From the NCBI GenBank assembly GCA_050251945.1, contig JBFWLW010000016.1, positions 1 to 57,006 of the forward strand: a stretch of 57,006 bases of DNA, in the 5' to 3' direction. The notes below the pieces were generated by a model. That model searched no databases and had not been told where the DNA came from. It saw nothing but the letters and a program-made list of their open reading frames with translations. Positions within the stretch are counted from its first letter, which is position 1, and each line of letters opens with the position of its first letter. This DNA comes from Deferribacterales bacterium. Its GTDB lineage: Bacteria; Chrysiogenota; Deferribacteres; Deferribacterales; Geovibrionaceae. The translations under genes were made by a program, and so were the position numbers. Positions 37,570 to 47,992 of the stretch are shown here, one piece after another.

Positions 37570-38959
37570 GGTGTTCGGTTCGGTCAAAAACATTCATTTT
37601 GTGGGTATCGGCGGGATAGGTATGAGCGGGATCGCAGAGGTTCTGCATAACATGGGGTTCGGCGTAAGCGGCTCCGACCTGTCAGAAGGCGGTAACGTTA
37701 AAAGATTGCAGAACATGGGAATAGATGTGCGCACGGGGCACAGATATGAATATGCGGAGAATGCGGACGTTGTCGTTTATACCTCCGCGGTTAAAGAGAC
37801 CAACCCTGAGCTTGTCTGCGCTAAGGACAGGTTCATCCCGGTCATAAAGCGCGGAGAGATGCTGGCGGAACTTATGCGCCTGAAATTTTCCGTCGCCGTT
37901 GCTGGAAGCCACGGCAAGACTACCACAACTTCTATGGTTGCGGAAATTCTGAACGAAGCTAAACTCGACCCGACAATAGTTGTGGGCGGTATCCTCAACA
38001 CACGCGACACAAACGCGTCACTTGGCAAGGGTAACGTAATAGTCGCCGAAGCTGACGAATCCGACAGAAGTTTCCTGATGATGTCGCCCAGTGTGGCGCT
38101 CATTACAAATATAGATTATGAACATCCGGACACATACCATGATATTGATGACGTTAAACAGACTTTCATAGATTTCGCCTCAAGGGTTCCGTTCTACGGA
38201 AGCGTTGTTCTCTGTCTGGAAGACATGAATACAGCGGACATAATTCCGCACATCGGCAGAAAGTTTATGACGTACGGCTTTAAGGCTCAGGCTGACGTTC
38301 ACGCGGTAAACGTTGAGCAGAAGGGATTCGGAATGCACTTCGACGTTGTTATAAAAGGCGAGAAGATGGGCAAGATAAGGCTCGGATTCCCCGGCGAACA
38401 TAACGTTCTGAACTCTCTGGGTGCAATAGCGGTTGCGCAGGAGTTCAACATACCGTTCAGGACGGTTAAACGCGCCCTTGAAAAATTCAAAGGCGTACAG
38501 AGAAGGCTGACAGCAAGATACGACGACGGCTCATGCATCGTTATGGACGACTACGGTCACCACCCCACTGAGATAAAGACGACACTGCGTGCGGTGCGCG
38601 GAGCATACGGCGACAAAAAGATAATCGCCATTTTCCAGCCCCACAGATACACCAGAACGCAGGCGCTTATAAAAGATTTCGCAATGGCGTTCTTTGATGT
38701 GGACATGCTGTTCATAGCTGACATATATGCCGCCAGCGAAGACAAAATTGAGGGTGTGGATTCCGAGACCCTCGTGCGCGAAATAAAAAGAAGAGGATTC
38801 AAAAACGTAAACTATATAGGTTCCTTTGACGAGGTCTATGACTACCTTGAAGACGAAGGATGCGACAACACCGTGATAATCACGCAGGGCGCAGGAAACG
38901 TAACCAAGTTCTCATTTGATCTTGCCGAAAAGGTGAGGGAAAAACGTGAAGGAAAATAA
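37562..38959 (+). CDS. murC: UDP-MurNAc--L-Ala ligase
   Basis: GIGGIGMSG, GSHGKTTT, EADESD, DDYGHHPTE and FQPHRYTR. Confidence 0.98.
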   Translation: MDKVFGSVKNIHFVGIGGIGMSGIAEVLHNMGFGVSGSDLSEGGNVKRLQNMGIDVRTGHRYEYAENADVVVYTSAVKETNPELVCAKDRFIPVIKRGEMLAELMRLKFSVAVAGSHGKTTTTSMVAEILNEAKLDPTIVVGGILNTRDTNASLGKGNVIVAEADESDRSFLMMSPSVALITNIDYEHPDTYHDIDDVKQTFIDFASRVPFYGSVVLCLEDMNTADIIPHIGRKFMTYGFKAQADVHAVNVEQKGFGMHFDVVIKGEKMGKIRLGFPGEHNVLNSLGAIAVAQEFNIPFRTVKRALEKFKGVQRRLTARYDDGSCIVMDDYGHHPTEIKTTLRAVRGAYGDKKIIAIFQPHRYTRTQALIKDFAMAFFDVDMLFIADIYAASEDKIEGVDSETLVREIKRRGFKNVNYIGSFDEVYDYLEDEGCDNTVIITQGAGNVTKFSFDLAEKVREKREGK

Positions 38960-39830
38960 GGTAGCCGTACTTTACGGCGGGATGTCTGCTGAAAGAGAAG
39001 TTTCACTGCGCAGCGGTAAGGCGGCGTATGACGCGCTTGTTCGTCTGGGATATGACACGGCGCTTATAGATATGGACAAAGACGTTGCGTTCAAACTCCG
39101 TGAGGCTGGCGCGAAAGTGTGTTTCATCGCTCTTCACGGAACCTATGGCGAGGACGGACGTATTCAGGGAATGCTGGACATCATGGGGCTTCCCTATACA
39201 GGTTCGGATTTCGAGGCGAATATGGTCGCCTTCGACAAGCTCATGACCAAGGAGCAGTTCGTTAAGAACAACGTACCCACTCCGGCATATAAGGTGCCGG
39301 CAGATAAAAAGATGCCCTTTAAAAAGTGCGTGGTGAAACCCTGCCGTCAGGGTTCTTCCGTGGGCATACATATAGTTGATAATGAGGCTGACTACGCTGC
39401 GGCTCTTGAGGATGCGGCGAAATATGACAGCAAGCTGATGGTTGAAGAGTGCATTGAGGGAAAGGAGCTGACAATCTCTATCCTCGACGGCGAAGCGCTC
39501 CCCATCATATGGATACGCCCGAAAAAAGGTGTTTACGATTATGAATCGAAATATACCAAAGGCATGACGGAATATGTCTTTGAAACCGAACTGACCGATG
39601 AACAGTATGAATATGTGCAGAAAGTCGCTCTGGATGCGTTCAACGCGGCAGGGTGTTCAGGATACGGCAGGGTTGACGCCATTTTTGACGGAAAAGAGAG
39701 CTACGTTCTCGAAGTCAACACGCTGCCGGGGATGACCGAAACAAGTCTGCTGCCGAAGGCCGCCGGAAAAGCCGGGATGACCTTTGACCAGATGGTTGAA
39801 AAGATGCTCGCAGGAGCGTTGAAAAAGTGA
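38946..39830 (+). CDS. ddl: D-Ala--D-Ala ligase
   Basis: GGMSAEREVS, HGTYGEDG, GSSVG, YDYESKY and EVNTLPGMT. Confidence 0.97.
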   Translation: MKENKVAVLYGGMSAEREVSLRSGKAAYDALVRLGYDTALIDMDKDVAFKLREAGAKVCFIALHGTYGEDGRIQGMLDIMGLPYTGSDFEANMVAFDKLMTKEQFVKNNVPTPAYKVPADKKMPFKKCVVKPCRQGSSVGIHIVDNEADYAAALEDAAKYDSKLMVEECIEGKELTISILDGEALPIIWIRPKKGVYDYESKYTKGMTEYVFETELTDEQYEYVQKVALDAFNAAGCSGYGRVDAIFDGKESYVLEVNTLPGMTETSLLPKAAGKAGMTFDQMVEKMLAGALKK

Positions 39831-39888
39831 CCGAGACAATGACGATTGCCAATACCCAAGGATGGGATTGCTTGAACGGAGCTAAGTG

Positions 39889-40572
39889 ATGGCAAAAAAG
39901 AAAGGAATCGGACGTTTTATTTTTGTGTCTCTTCTTGCGCTGGGAACAGTCGGTGCTGTCGGCGTCGGCATAAAGAAGGGAGCGGATTCTTTCACCGAGA
40001 GCGGATATTTCAAGGTGAAGAGCGTCAATGTCAAAGGACTGATAAAAGCTGATAACAAAAAGGTCGAAACCATGGTGAAAAGCATGGTGGGGCAGAGCAT
40101 CTTTGATGTTAAGCCGGAGACCATAAACTATAACGGGGATTCGTGGGTGGAGCGTATGGAAATACGCAAGGTGTTCCCCGACAGGCTGGATGTGGTTGTT
40201 TTTGAAAAGCGTCCCGTGTTCAAGCTTCAATACACCAGAGGATGCTTTACGGCTACCTCCACCGGACTTATGATTAAGGATACATGCGAAGGCGTCAGGA
40301 TAAAGATGGACCAGAAGGTGAAGGAAGACGACTTCAAGGAGTTCATCAAAATGTATGAAACCGCGGCGGTGCTTAAGGACAAAAACATAAATCTTAAGCA
40401 GTTTTATTTCACAATGGTGGAAAACGGCGTGGAACTGCGGGCTTCATACGATCAGGCGGGTTTTGAAAAGATGTACGCAGCTTATCAGGACATCATCAGG
40501 AAACGCTATAAAGAGATCGAATACGTTGATATGAGGATTCCTGACAAGATATTCGTGAAAGGGGTGATGTAA
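39889..40572 (+). CDS. ftsQ: Cell division protein FtsQ/DivIB
   Basis: TM segment, POTRA-like WVERMEIRKVFPDRL and C-terminal YVDMR; position in the cluster. Confidence 0.85.
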   Translation: MAKKKGIGRFIFVSLLALGTVGAVGVGIKKGADSFTESGYFKVKSVNVKGLIKADNKKVETMVKSMVGQSIFDVKPETINYNGDSWVERMEIRKVFPDRLDVVVFEKRPVFKLQYTRGCFTATSTGLMIKDTCEGVRIKMDQKVKEDDFKEFIKMYETAAVLKDKNINLKQFYFTMVENGVELRASYDQAGFEKMYAAYQDIIRKRYKEIEYVDMRIPDKIFVKGVM

Positions 40573-41816
40573 TGGTACAGGATAATATCTATGTCGGGCT
40601 TGACTTCGGCACAACGAAAATATGCGTTGTTGTTGCAAGTCAGAACAGCGACGGCAGCATTGACATAATAGGTCTGGGCAAAGCGCCCAGCGACGGCATC
40701 AGACGCGGCGTGGTGGTCAATATTGATTCCACTGTGCAAAGCATTCGCGATGCCATCACAGAGGCCGAAAGGATGTCCGGCGTGCAGATCAAAGCTGTTA
40801 CTGCCGGCATAGCGGGCGGACATATAAAAAGCTTTAACCAGAGGGGAACTATTGCCGTTAAAGGCGGGCGTGAAATAACTCAGAAAGACGTTGAAAGGGT
40901 TATCGAAACTGCCGCCGCCACGAACATCACCGTGGGCAACGAGATTCTGGCAATTCTGCCCCAGCAGTTCATTCTGGACGGGCAGAGCGAGATAAAAGAC
41001 CCTGTCGGGATGAGCGGCGTTCGTCTGGAAGCTGACGTACACATAATAACAGGCGCAGTGTCAAGCGCCCAGAACATAATCAGAAGCTGTGAAAAGGCGG
41101 GAATAATCGTTAACGATATCGTTCTTGAACAGCTTGCATCTTCCGAATCAGTTCTCAGCGAAGACGAGAAAGAGATAGGCGTTTGTCTTATCGACGGCGG
41201 CGGCGGCACCAGCGACATGGCTGTTTTCAAACAGGGCGCAGTGTTCCATACCGCGGCGCTTCTCATCGGCGGACGCAACTTTACGAAAGATCTTGCGATA
41301 GGGCTTAACACCCCTGAATCCGAGGCTGAAAAACTGAAAATTAAGAACGGATGCGTGTGGATGCCCCTCGTTGAAGAGGATGAGCGAATTGAGGTTCCCA
41401 CTGTCGGCGGCAGACCCCCCAGACTGGTGAGCAAGGCGACAGTTACACAGATACTTCAGGCGAGAGCGGAAGAGGTTTTCCAGATTTTCAAGGGCGAACT
41501 GCAATATAAAGGACTGCTCGACCATCTGGGAGCAGGAGTCGTTATTACGGGCGGGCTTTCAAACCACGAGGGTATTGATATGCTTGCGGGCGAGATACTC
41601 GGCGTTCCGGTACGAGTGGGCAGACCCCATAACGTCGGCGGTCTGAGCGATTATGTGCATGACCCTAAATACGCAACAGGCGTAGGTCTCGCACTTTGTG
41701 CGGCAAAAAAAGGCAAATCATCCGGTGCAAGACTGTCTTCTTCGTCCGACAGTGATGAAAAGCAGTTCTCTAACGTTCTCGGCAGGATGAAAAGCTGGTT
41801 TTCCGAGTTCTTTTAA
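40572..41816 (+). CDS. ftsA: Cell division protein FtsA
   Basis: GLDFGTTK, GIRRGVVVNI, DGGGGTSD and ITGG. Confidence 0.98.
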   Translation: MVQDNIYVGLDFGTTKICVVVASQNSDGSIDIIGLGKAPSDGIRRGVVVNIDSTVQSIRDAITEAERMSGVQIKAVTAGIAGGHIKSFNQRGTIAVKGGREITQKDVERVIETAAATNITVGNEILAILPQQFILDGQSEIKDPVGMSGVRLEADVHIITGAVSSAQNIIRSCEKAGIIVNDIVLEQLASSESVLSEDEKEIGVCLIDGGGGTSDMAVFKQGAVFHTAALLIGGRNFTKDLAIGLNTPESEAEKLKIKNGCVWMPLVEEDERIEVPTVGGRPPRLVSKATVTQILQARAEEVFQIFKGELQYKGLLDHLGAGVVITGGLSNHEGIDMLAGEILGVPVRVGRPHNVGGLSDYVHDPKYATGVGLALCAAKKGKSSGARLSSSSDSDEKQFSNVLGRMKSWFSEFF

Positions 41817-41823
41817 GAGAAAT

Positions 41824-41896
41824 AGATCGCTTCGGGCAAAAGCCCTCGCGAAGACAAAGGCACGTCTCTGCGAGGAGCGCAGCGACGCGGCAGTCT
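41824..41896. repeat. CGTC-type REP pair (family A) between ftsA and ftsZ
   Basis: AGATCGCTTCG...CTCGCGAAGAC...CGTCTCTGCGAGGAGCGCAGCGACGCGGCAGTCT. Confidence 0.85.
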
Positions 41897-42013
41897 AAAA
41901 CGGTTGATGGAGAATAGAAGAAAATCCCCCTTATATAAAGAGGGAGCAGAGGATTTGAATAGGTCTTTATATAGCTTTAAGGATATTTTTCGAGCTTTAC
42001 AAGGAGGTTTAAG

Positions 42014-43156
42014 ATGGACAAATTACAATTCGACTTTGCGCCGCTGCCTCAGAATGCAGTAATCAAAGTTGTAGGGGTTGGCGGAGCAGGCGGAAATGCT
42101 GTCAACAACATGATCAGAGCAGGGATAGCTGACGTTGAGTTTATCGCTGCTAACACGGATGCACAGGCACTTGCATCCAACCTTGCACCCAATAAAATTC
42201 AGCTCGGCACTACGATCACACGAGGACTTGGTGCGGGCGGTGTTCCCGAAGTCGGTAAAAAATCGGCTATCGAGGACATGGAAGCTATCGAACAGCACCT
42301 GCGCGGAGCCGATATGGTATTCGTAACAGCAGGTATGGGCGGCGGCACCGGCACTGGTGCGGCTCCCGTTATAGCAAGCATTGCAAAAGATCTCGGCGCT
42401 CTCACAGTTGCCGTCGTTTCAAAACCCTTCGCTTTTGAAGGAAGAAAAAGAAACGATAACGCTGAGCAGGGACTTAAATTTCTGAAAGACCATGTGGACA
42501 CCTATATCGTTGTTCACAATGATAAAATAATGGATCAGTGCAAAGAGAACACTCTGTTTGAGGAAGCGTTCAAGATGGCAGACGACGTTCTGCGTCAGGG
42601 CGTTCAGGGTATCAGCGATGCCATCAACTCAAACGGCGTGGTCAACGTGGACTTCGCGGATATCCGTACCATTATGAGCAGCAAAGGCATGGCTCTTATG
42701 GGTATCGGTACCGCAGAGGGCGAGAACAGAGACCTTCTCGCTGCGGAAAAAGCACTCAGCTCTCCGCTTATCACAGATGTTTCCATCGCGGGCGCGGATG
42801 CTCTGCTGCTTAACATCACTTGCGGCACAGATTTCCGTATGTTCGAGATGGACAGAATCGCCACCAAAATTTATGAAGCGGCAGGCGATGAAGCAAACAT
42901 ATTTAAAGGCGTAGTGATCAACCCCGACATCACAAACGGCGAACTGAGAGTTACGGTCGTTGCTACAGGTCTGGGTAAATCACGCGAAAAAAAGCCGGTA
43001 GACCTTGAAAGCTTCGCCGAGAAAACAAAGGTCGGCAAAGAGATCAAAATGACACTCGGCACAATCAGAAAAACAGACCACAGGTTAAAAACGCTGACTG
43101 ATTTCAATGAAGAGGAGTCCGAACTCCCCGCATATCTTAGAAATCAGGCAGACTGA
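42014..43156 (+). CDS. ftsZ: Cell division GTPase
   Basis: [24 protein letters not shown] and C-terminal ELPAYLR. Confidence 0.99.
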   Translation: MDKLQFDFAPLPQNAVIKVVGVGGAGGNAVNNMIRAGIADVEFIAANTDAQALASNLAPNKIQLGTTITRGLGAGGVPEVGKKSAIEDMEAIEQHLRGADMVFVTAGMGGGTGTGAAPVIASIAKDLGALTVAVVSKPFAFEGRKRNDNAEQGLKFLKDHVDTYIVVHNDKIMDQCKENTLFEEAFKMADDVLRQGVQGISDAINSNGVVNVDFADIRTIMSSKGMALMGIGTAEGENRDLLAAEKALSSPLITDVSIAGADALLLNITCGTDFRMFEMDRIATKIYEAAGDEANIFKGVVINPDITNGELRVTVVATGLGKSREKKPVDLESFAEKTKVGKEIKMTLGTIRKTDHRLKTLTDFNEEESELPAYLRNQAD

Positions 43157-43167
43157 GATAGATTGAG

Positions 43168-44214
43168 GTGCGTATACTAAACGTAATCAACGTACGGTGG
43201 TATAACGCAACCGCCTGGTATGCCGTGTCTTTGTCGTCGGCTCTTAAGTGCAAAGGGCACGATGTCGCTGTTTGCGGACTGCCGGGCTCACCTCCTGTCC
43301 TTAAAGCTCGTGATGCCGGTCTCGAAACTTTCGAGGCCGGCATTAACACATCAAACCCGTTAAAGGTGCTTGCCGCCATGGGTGCGATGGACAGGATACT
43401 CATGTCTTATCGGCCGGATATCATCATAGCAAACCGCGGCGAGTTCTTCGGCTATCTGGCATGGAAACGCATCTCCAGACAAAATTTCAATCTTGTGCGC
43501 GTGCGCGGGGATATACGCCCGCCCAGAAACGGATTCTTTAACCGTATTATGCACAACAGATGCACCGACGCCATAATCTGTTCCGGTGAGTTCATCGCTG
43601 AAAGCTACAGAAAAAATCTCAAAACCCCCGATTCGGCACTTAATGTCGTATACGGTGGTGTCGATACCAAAAAATTCAAAAAGAGCGAGTTTGCGCGGAT
43701 AAAAGTACGCGACGAGTTCGGCTTTTCTCTGGACGACCACGTTGTGGGCATAGTCGGCAGGTTCGACCCTGTGAAGGGACACGGAAACCTCATAAAAGCA
43801 GTCGGCAAAGTATATCGTGAGGGAAGGCGGAACATCAGGCTGGTCATAGCGGGATTCGATGCCGTAAGCCAAACCGAAAGTATAAAAAAGATGATATACG
43901 ACAATGGTATTGAAGATATAACAATTATCACGGGGTTCCGTGAGGATATTGCGGACATATACAACAGTTTTGATGTGTGCGTTGTGTCTTCTCTGGGTTC
44001 CGAGGCGATATGCCGTGTGGGCATGGAGGCGATGGCATGCGGAGTGCCGCTCATCACCAGCGACACCGGCGTGCTTCCGGAGATATCAAAGAACGTCTAT
44101 CCTAAAAACGACTGGGAGAAGCTGTCGGAACTGCTGACAGATTACGACCCGTCGGTCACAGTCTATTCACTTGACGATTTCGCGTCAGCTTTCCAAAAAA
44201 TCATGCGGATGTGA
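43168..44214 (+). CDS. GT4-family glycosyltransferase
   Basis: VGRFDPVKGH, GFREDI and SEAICRVGMEAMACGVP. Confidence 0.9.
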   Translation: MRILNVINVRWYNATAWYAVSLSSALKCKGHDVAVCGLPGSPPVLKARDAGLETFEAGINTSNPLKVLAAMGAMDRILMSYRPDIIIANRGEFFGYLAWKRISRQNFNLVRVRGDIRPPRNGFFNRIMHNRCTDAIICSGEFIAESYRKNLKTPDSALNVVYGGVDTKKFKKSEFARIKVRDEFGFSLDDHVVGIVGRFDPVKGHGNLIKAVGKVYREGRRNIRLVIAGFDAVSQTESIKKMIYDNGIEDITIITGFREDIADIYNSFDVCVVSSLGSEAICRVGMEAMACGVPLITSDTGVLPEISKNVYPKNDWEKLSELLTDYDPSVTVYSLDDFASAFQKIMRM

Positions 44215-44215
44215 A

Positions 44216-44242
44216 AAGCCCCGCATGGCAGTGCGGGGCTTT
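44216..44242. terminator. Terminator hairpin at the end of the dcw cluster
   Basis: AAGCCCCGCA-TGGCAG-TGCGGGGCTT. Confidence 0.7.
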
Positions 44243-44282
44243 CAGGCTAAAAGAAGAGTTACGAGGTACGAAATGATCAGAG

Positions 44283-44499
44283 TATGTATATCAAAAATGA
44301 CGTCGTGTCATTTTTGATTTAACGCCGAACACAGGCAAAGCCTGCGACGGCTCACACTACGCTTGGTTACAGCGGTAAAACCGCATGACCCGCTCCGTGA
44401 AGGCACGTCCTGTGCCTTGGTATGTATATCAAAAATGACGTCGTGTCATTTTTGATTAACGCCGAACACAGGCAAAGCCTGCGACGGCTCACACTACGC
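44283..44499 (-). repeat. Family B structured repeat, ~1.6 copies (137-bp period)
   Basis: 44283-44362 is repeated at 44420-44499; minus strand has the GGCACAGGACGTGCC...TGTGAG...GGCTTTGCCT...AAAAATGAC-GTCATTTTT architecture. Confidence 0.88.
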
Positions 44500-44507
44500 C
44501 TGTTATA

Positions 44508-45608
44508 TCAGCCGAAACAGAGCAGGTCTGTTCCGAGTTTGTATTCCTTGTTATCGTCGGTTGCTAATATCTTCATATCCGTCAGTTTTTTAAGGTCACG
44601 TCTGGCTGTCTGCTCGTTCTTGCCTGAGTAAAGCAGAGAGAACGGAAGATTCGTCTGAATGGAAGCCAGAGTAATCGCACAGTCCCTGTCCATCATAAGT
44701 ATGACAAGATCAAGCTGGCGCTGGTTCAGATCGCCGTCCTCTTTAAGTATATTGAGATATTCGCGCATGGTCAGGTCGTAAAGGTAGCCGTAAACTGTGT
44801 CTTTCAACCCGTCCAGTGAAGCATTAACAGCCTCAAGAACGAGCCTGATAAAATGAGTTATGTCTTTCTTGGCTCTTTTGGACGCTGAAAATATATTGAA
44901 ATATTCTTCTGATTTCGCGTGATAGCGGACACTGAGCGATTTTGCAGTGAGACGCATGTCAGCGTGTGAAAGGATGTAGGTTTCCAGAAGCCTTGCGGTG
45001 CGTCCGTTCGCTGAGAAGAAAGGGTGTATGCCTGTGAGCTTTGCGTGTGCGGCGGCGGCGCGGACATATGGTGACGCAGACATCATTACGGGGTGGTTGA
45101 TGAACTCAATGAACTCCGTCATCTGTGCATCAATATCCGCCGATTTTCTGCTTCCCGCCTTTGCAGGTTTGTCGCGGTATTGCCCGGGTGTTGAACCTGC
45201 GGTGTCGATACCTATGGTAAGGTTTTTGTGCAGTTCCTTAACAATCTCCTGTGTGATAACGGGAGTCGACCCGTCCGGTACTATCTCGTCAAGCAGTTTG
45301 TATGCTCTTATGAGGTTTTTTATCTCTTTAACGTTATTTGCTGTTGATGTTTTAGATGCGGTTTGTGAGTAGATAGAGGCTATTTCTTCTTTAGAAAGTG
45401 TGTTTCCATCCAGTGCGGCAGTGGCAAAAATGGAAGAAACGGCAATTTCAGTCTCCATTTCCATTGCCTGATTTGGCAGCAGCGGTATATCGCTTATGGT
45501 TCCGTTTAGAACAGATGCCCTTGTAAGTAAATCACTTAGCTGATTCTCATCAAAAATATCCGTCGTAGAAAAACCGTCTGCAATAACCAATTGCTTTTTA
45601 TATATCAT
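44508..45608 (-). CDS. Fic-domain protein with C-terminal HTH
   Basis: HPFFSANGRTAR Fic motif variant; PGQYR; TARRDLKKL HTH. Confidence 0.9.
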   Translation of the reverse strand: MIYKKQLVIADGFSTTDIFDENQLSDLLTRASVLNGTISDIPLLPNQAMEMETEIAVSSIFATAALDGNTLSKEEIASIYSQTASKTSTANNVKEIKNLIRAYKLLDEIVPDGSTPVITQEIVKELHKNLTIGIDTAGSTPGQYRDKPAKAGSRKSADIDAQMTEFIEFINHPVMMSASPYVRAAAAHAKLTGIHPFFSANGRTARLLETYILSHADMRLTAKSLSVRYHAKSEEYFNIFSASKRAKKDITHFIRLVLEAVNASLDGLKDTVYGYLYDLTMREYLNILKEDGDLNQRQLDLVILMMDRDCAITLASIQTNLPFSLLYSGKNEQTARRDLKKLTDMKILATDDNKEYKLGTDLLCFG

Positions 45609-45834
45609 AACACCCTCTTTAAAATTAAAAATGTAATATTTTTAATTCCTATCTACAATTATTTATATACCATAATGCCTATTTAATGTAAAGAAAAAAG
45701 TAATATAAAATGTAAAGAAAAATGTAAAATAGCCGATAATATATTAAGATTATATATTGCTGATAATGCGGGATAAAATTTCAAAGGTTAATTTGAGATG
45801 TGCGATTTTAATTAGAAAAATCAGATAATGAGAT

Positions 45835-45864
45835 AAAAAAAAGAGGGCTGAAATGTCAGCCCTC
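45835..45864 (-). terminator. Terminator after pncB
   Basis: GAGGGCTGA/TCAGCCCTC stem with an A-run (U tract on minus). Confidence 0.7.
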
Positions 45865-45902
45865 GTGGAAATTCATGAAATCCGGTAGTGTCCGACCGGA
45901 TA

Positions 45903-47363
45903 TTATAGATCCTGCATATATTCGCTGATCATATCAGCTTTCACCTTTTTGAGCCTGTCCGAAATGCTCACCTTGTAAACGTGCGGGTTTAGCAGGCGTT
46001 TGAATGTGTCGTGCAGGGAATTCATCTCTGTCTTGGCACGACCTCTTATTTCACGCAGTTCAGACTGTGGGATGATTTTTTTGCCGTTTTCCATGACCTT
46101 CTCAAGCAGAAGCTTTGCATCGGCGTATTCGTCCAGAGTTATGAAAGAATACTCAATGGACGGGTGGTTCAGCCGCAAAGGTTTCTTTTCGGCGACTGTT
46201 TTCAAAATTTCATCTGTTTCATCCTCGAAAAGCACCATGTCGGCAAGCATCATTCCGTTTTTGTCATAGAAACGGAGGATGTTCTTTATGCCGGGGTTTG
46301 ACATCTTTTCGGGGTTATTGGTCAGTTTTATTGCAGGAGAAAAAGAACCGTCGTCAGCCTCTTTCGCTGTGAGCTTGTACACTCCTGTTAGCGAAGGGTC
46401 TTTGTCTGCGGTCACAAGCCTTGTTCCTACTCCGTAAGCATCCACTCTGGCGCCCTCGAATGCCATCTGTTCAATGACCCATTCGTCCAGATCGTTTGAT
46501 GCGACAATTTTTGCTTCCTGCAATCCGTTTTCAGCAAAAACTCTTTTCGCTTCACGGCTCAGAAAGCTCAAATCCCCGCTGTCAAGGCGTATGCCGTAAC
46601 CTTTGCAGCCTTTTGCCTTAAGTTTTTTAAATACTTTTACAGCGTTCATCACGCCTGATTTCAGCGTGTCGTACGTATCTGCAAGAAGAATACAATTGTT
46701 CGGGTACATCTCTGCAAATGCCTCAAATGCTTCAAGTTCCGTATCAAAGCTCATTATCCAGCTATGTGCCATGGTACCGCTGACCGGTATGTCATATATT
46801 TTGCCCGCCAGAACGTTTGATGTGGCGCCTGCACCGCCTATGTATGATGCTCTTGCCGCAGACATGGCGCCGTCGGGACCCTGCGCGCGCCTCAGTCCGA
46901 ATTCCATAACGGCGGAAGCACCGGCGGCCCTGCATATTCTGGCTGATTTGGTCGCTATGCTGGTTTGAAAATTCACAAAGTTGAGGAGGATCGGCTCGAT
47001 AAGCTGGGCTTCGAGCAGAGTCCCTTTAACTCTGACAAGCGGTTCATTCGGAAAAACGACAGTGCCTTCCTTGACGGCATATATTTCGCCTTTGAAACGG
47101 AAATTACTGAGGTAGTCCAGAAATTCCTTAGAAAAGCAGTTCAGGCTTTTCAGGTAGCCGATATCGTCTGCCGAAAAAGTGAAATTCTCAATTGCGTTGA
47201 GCATGGGTTCGAGTCCGGCGAAAACAGCGTAGCCGCCGCCAAAAGGCTGTCTGCGGAAGAACATGTCAAAAACGGAAAGCCTGTCCGGATTTTGCGAAAA
47301 GAATCCCTGCATCATGGTGAGTTCGTAAAAATCTGTCAGAAGAGCTGAGTAATTGCATTTCAT
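45903..47363 (-). CDS. pncB: Nicotinate phosphoribosyltransferase
   Basis: LTDFYELTM, EFGLRRAQG, GTMAHSW, IRLDSGD and GVYKL. Confidence 0.96.
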   Translation of the reverse strand: MKCNYSALLTDFYELTMMQGFFSQNPDRLSVFDMFFRRQPFGGGYAVFAGLEPMLNAIENFTFSADDIGYLKSLNCFSKEFLDYLSNFRFKGEIYAVKEGTVVFPNEPLVRVKGTLLEAQLIEPILLNFVNFQTSIATKSARICRAAGASAVMEFGLRRAQGPDGAMSAARASYIGGAGATSNVLAGKIYDIPVSGTMAHSWIMSFDTELEAFEAFAEMYPNNCILLADTYDTLKSGVMNAVKVFKKLKAKGCKGYGIRLDSGDLSFLSREAKRVFAENGLQEAKIVASNDLDEWVIEQMAFEGARVDAYGVGTRLVTADKDPSLTGVYKLTAKEADDGSFSPAIKLTNNPEKMSNPGIKNILRFYDKNGMMLADMVLFEDETDEILKTVAEKKPLRLNHPSIEYSFITLDEYADAKLLLEKVMENGKKIIPQSELREIRGRAKTEMNSLHDTFKRLLNPHVYKVSISDRLKKVKADMISEYMQDL

Positions 47364-47992
47364 TTCAGTATATCCTCCGAAGAGATTATCCTTATGCCTT
47401 TTGCTTTCATGGCTTCAATCGCATCTTTGACACTGCCTTCCGGAAAGTCTACGCCTCTGCATGCGTCTGCGGCGACGTATACCTCGAATCCGGCGGCAAG
47501 TGCGTCCTCTGCGGTGTATCTTACACAGTAATCAGTCGCAAGTCCCGTTATGAAGACTTTCTTAATGCTTTTGTTTTCCAGATAGCCTTTCAGTCCCGTC
47601 TCTGTCTTCCTGTCATTTTCCGTGAACGCGGAATATGAATCTATTTCGGGATTGCTGCCTTTTCTGATTACGACTGAAAAAAGGTCGGTTGTCAGGTCGG
47701 GGTGAAAATCTGCTCCGGATGTTCCCTGAACGCAGTGGTCAGGCCACATGACCTGCTCGGTTCCGTTCAGGTTTATTGTCCGGTAAACTTCTGCACCTTC
47801 GTTGTTAGATGCGAAAGATCTGTGGTTTGCCGGATGCCAGTCCTGCGTTCCGACAACCGTGTCAAAACAGTCCATCAGTTTGTTAATGACGGAAACAACC
47901 TCGTCGCCGTTTCTGACGGCAAGTCCGCCGCCGGGGCAGAAGTCGTTTTGGACATCAACAACTATCAAAGCGGCATCTTTTCCTGTTGTCAT
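47360..47992 (-). CDS. pncA: Nicotinamidase
   Basis: VDVQNDFCPGG, TQDWHP, WPDHCVQ and GLATDYCV; start MTTGK. Confidence 0.96.
   Translation of the reverse strand: MTTGKDAALIVVDVQNDFCPGGGLAVRNGDEVVSVINKLMDCFDTVVGTQDWHPANHRSFASNNEGAEVYRTINLNGTEQVMWPDHCVQGTSGADFHPDLTTDLFSVVIRKGSNPEIDSYSAFTENDRKTETGLKGYLENKSIKKVFITGLATDYCVRYTAEDALAAGFEVYVAADACRGVDFPEGSVKDAIEAMKAKGIRIISSEDILK

Noticed and set aside
38946..38959. murB missing between murC and ddl
   Set aside because: murB is often located outside the dcw cluster, so its absence is not informative on its own.
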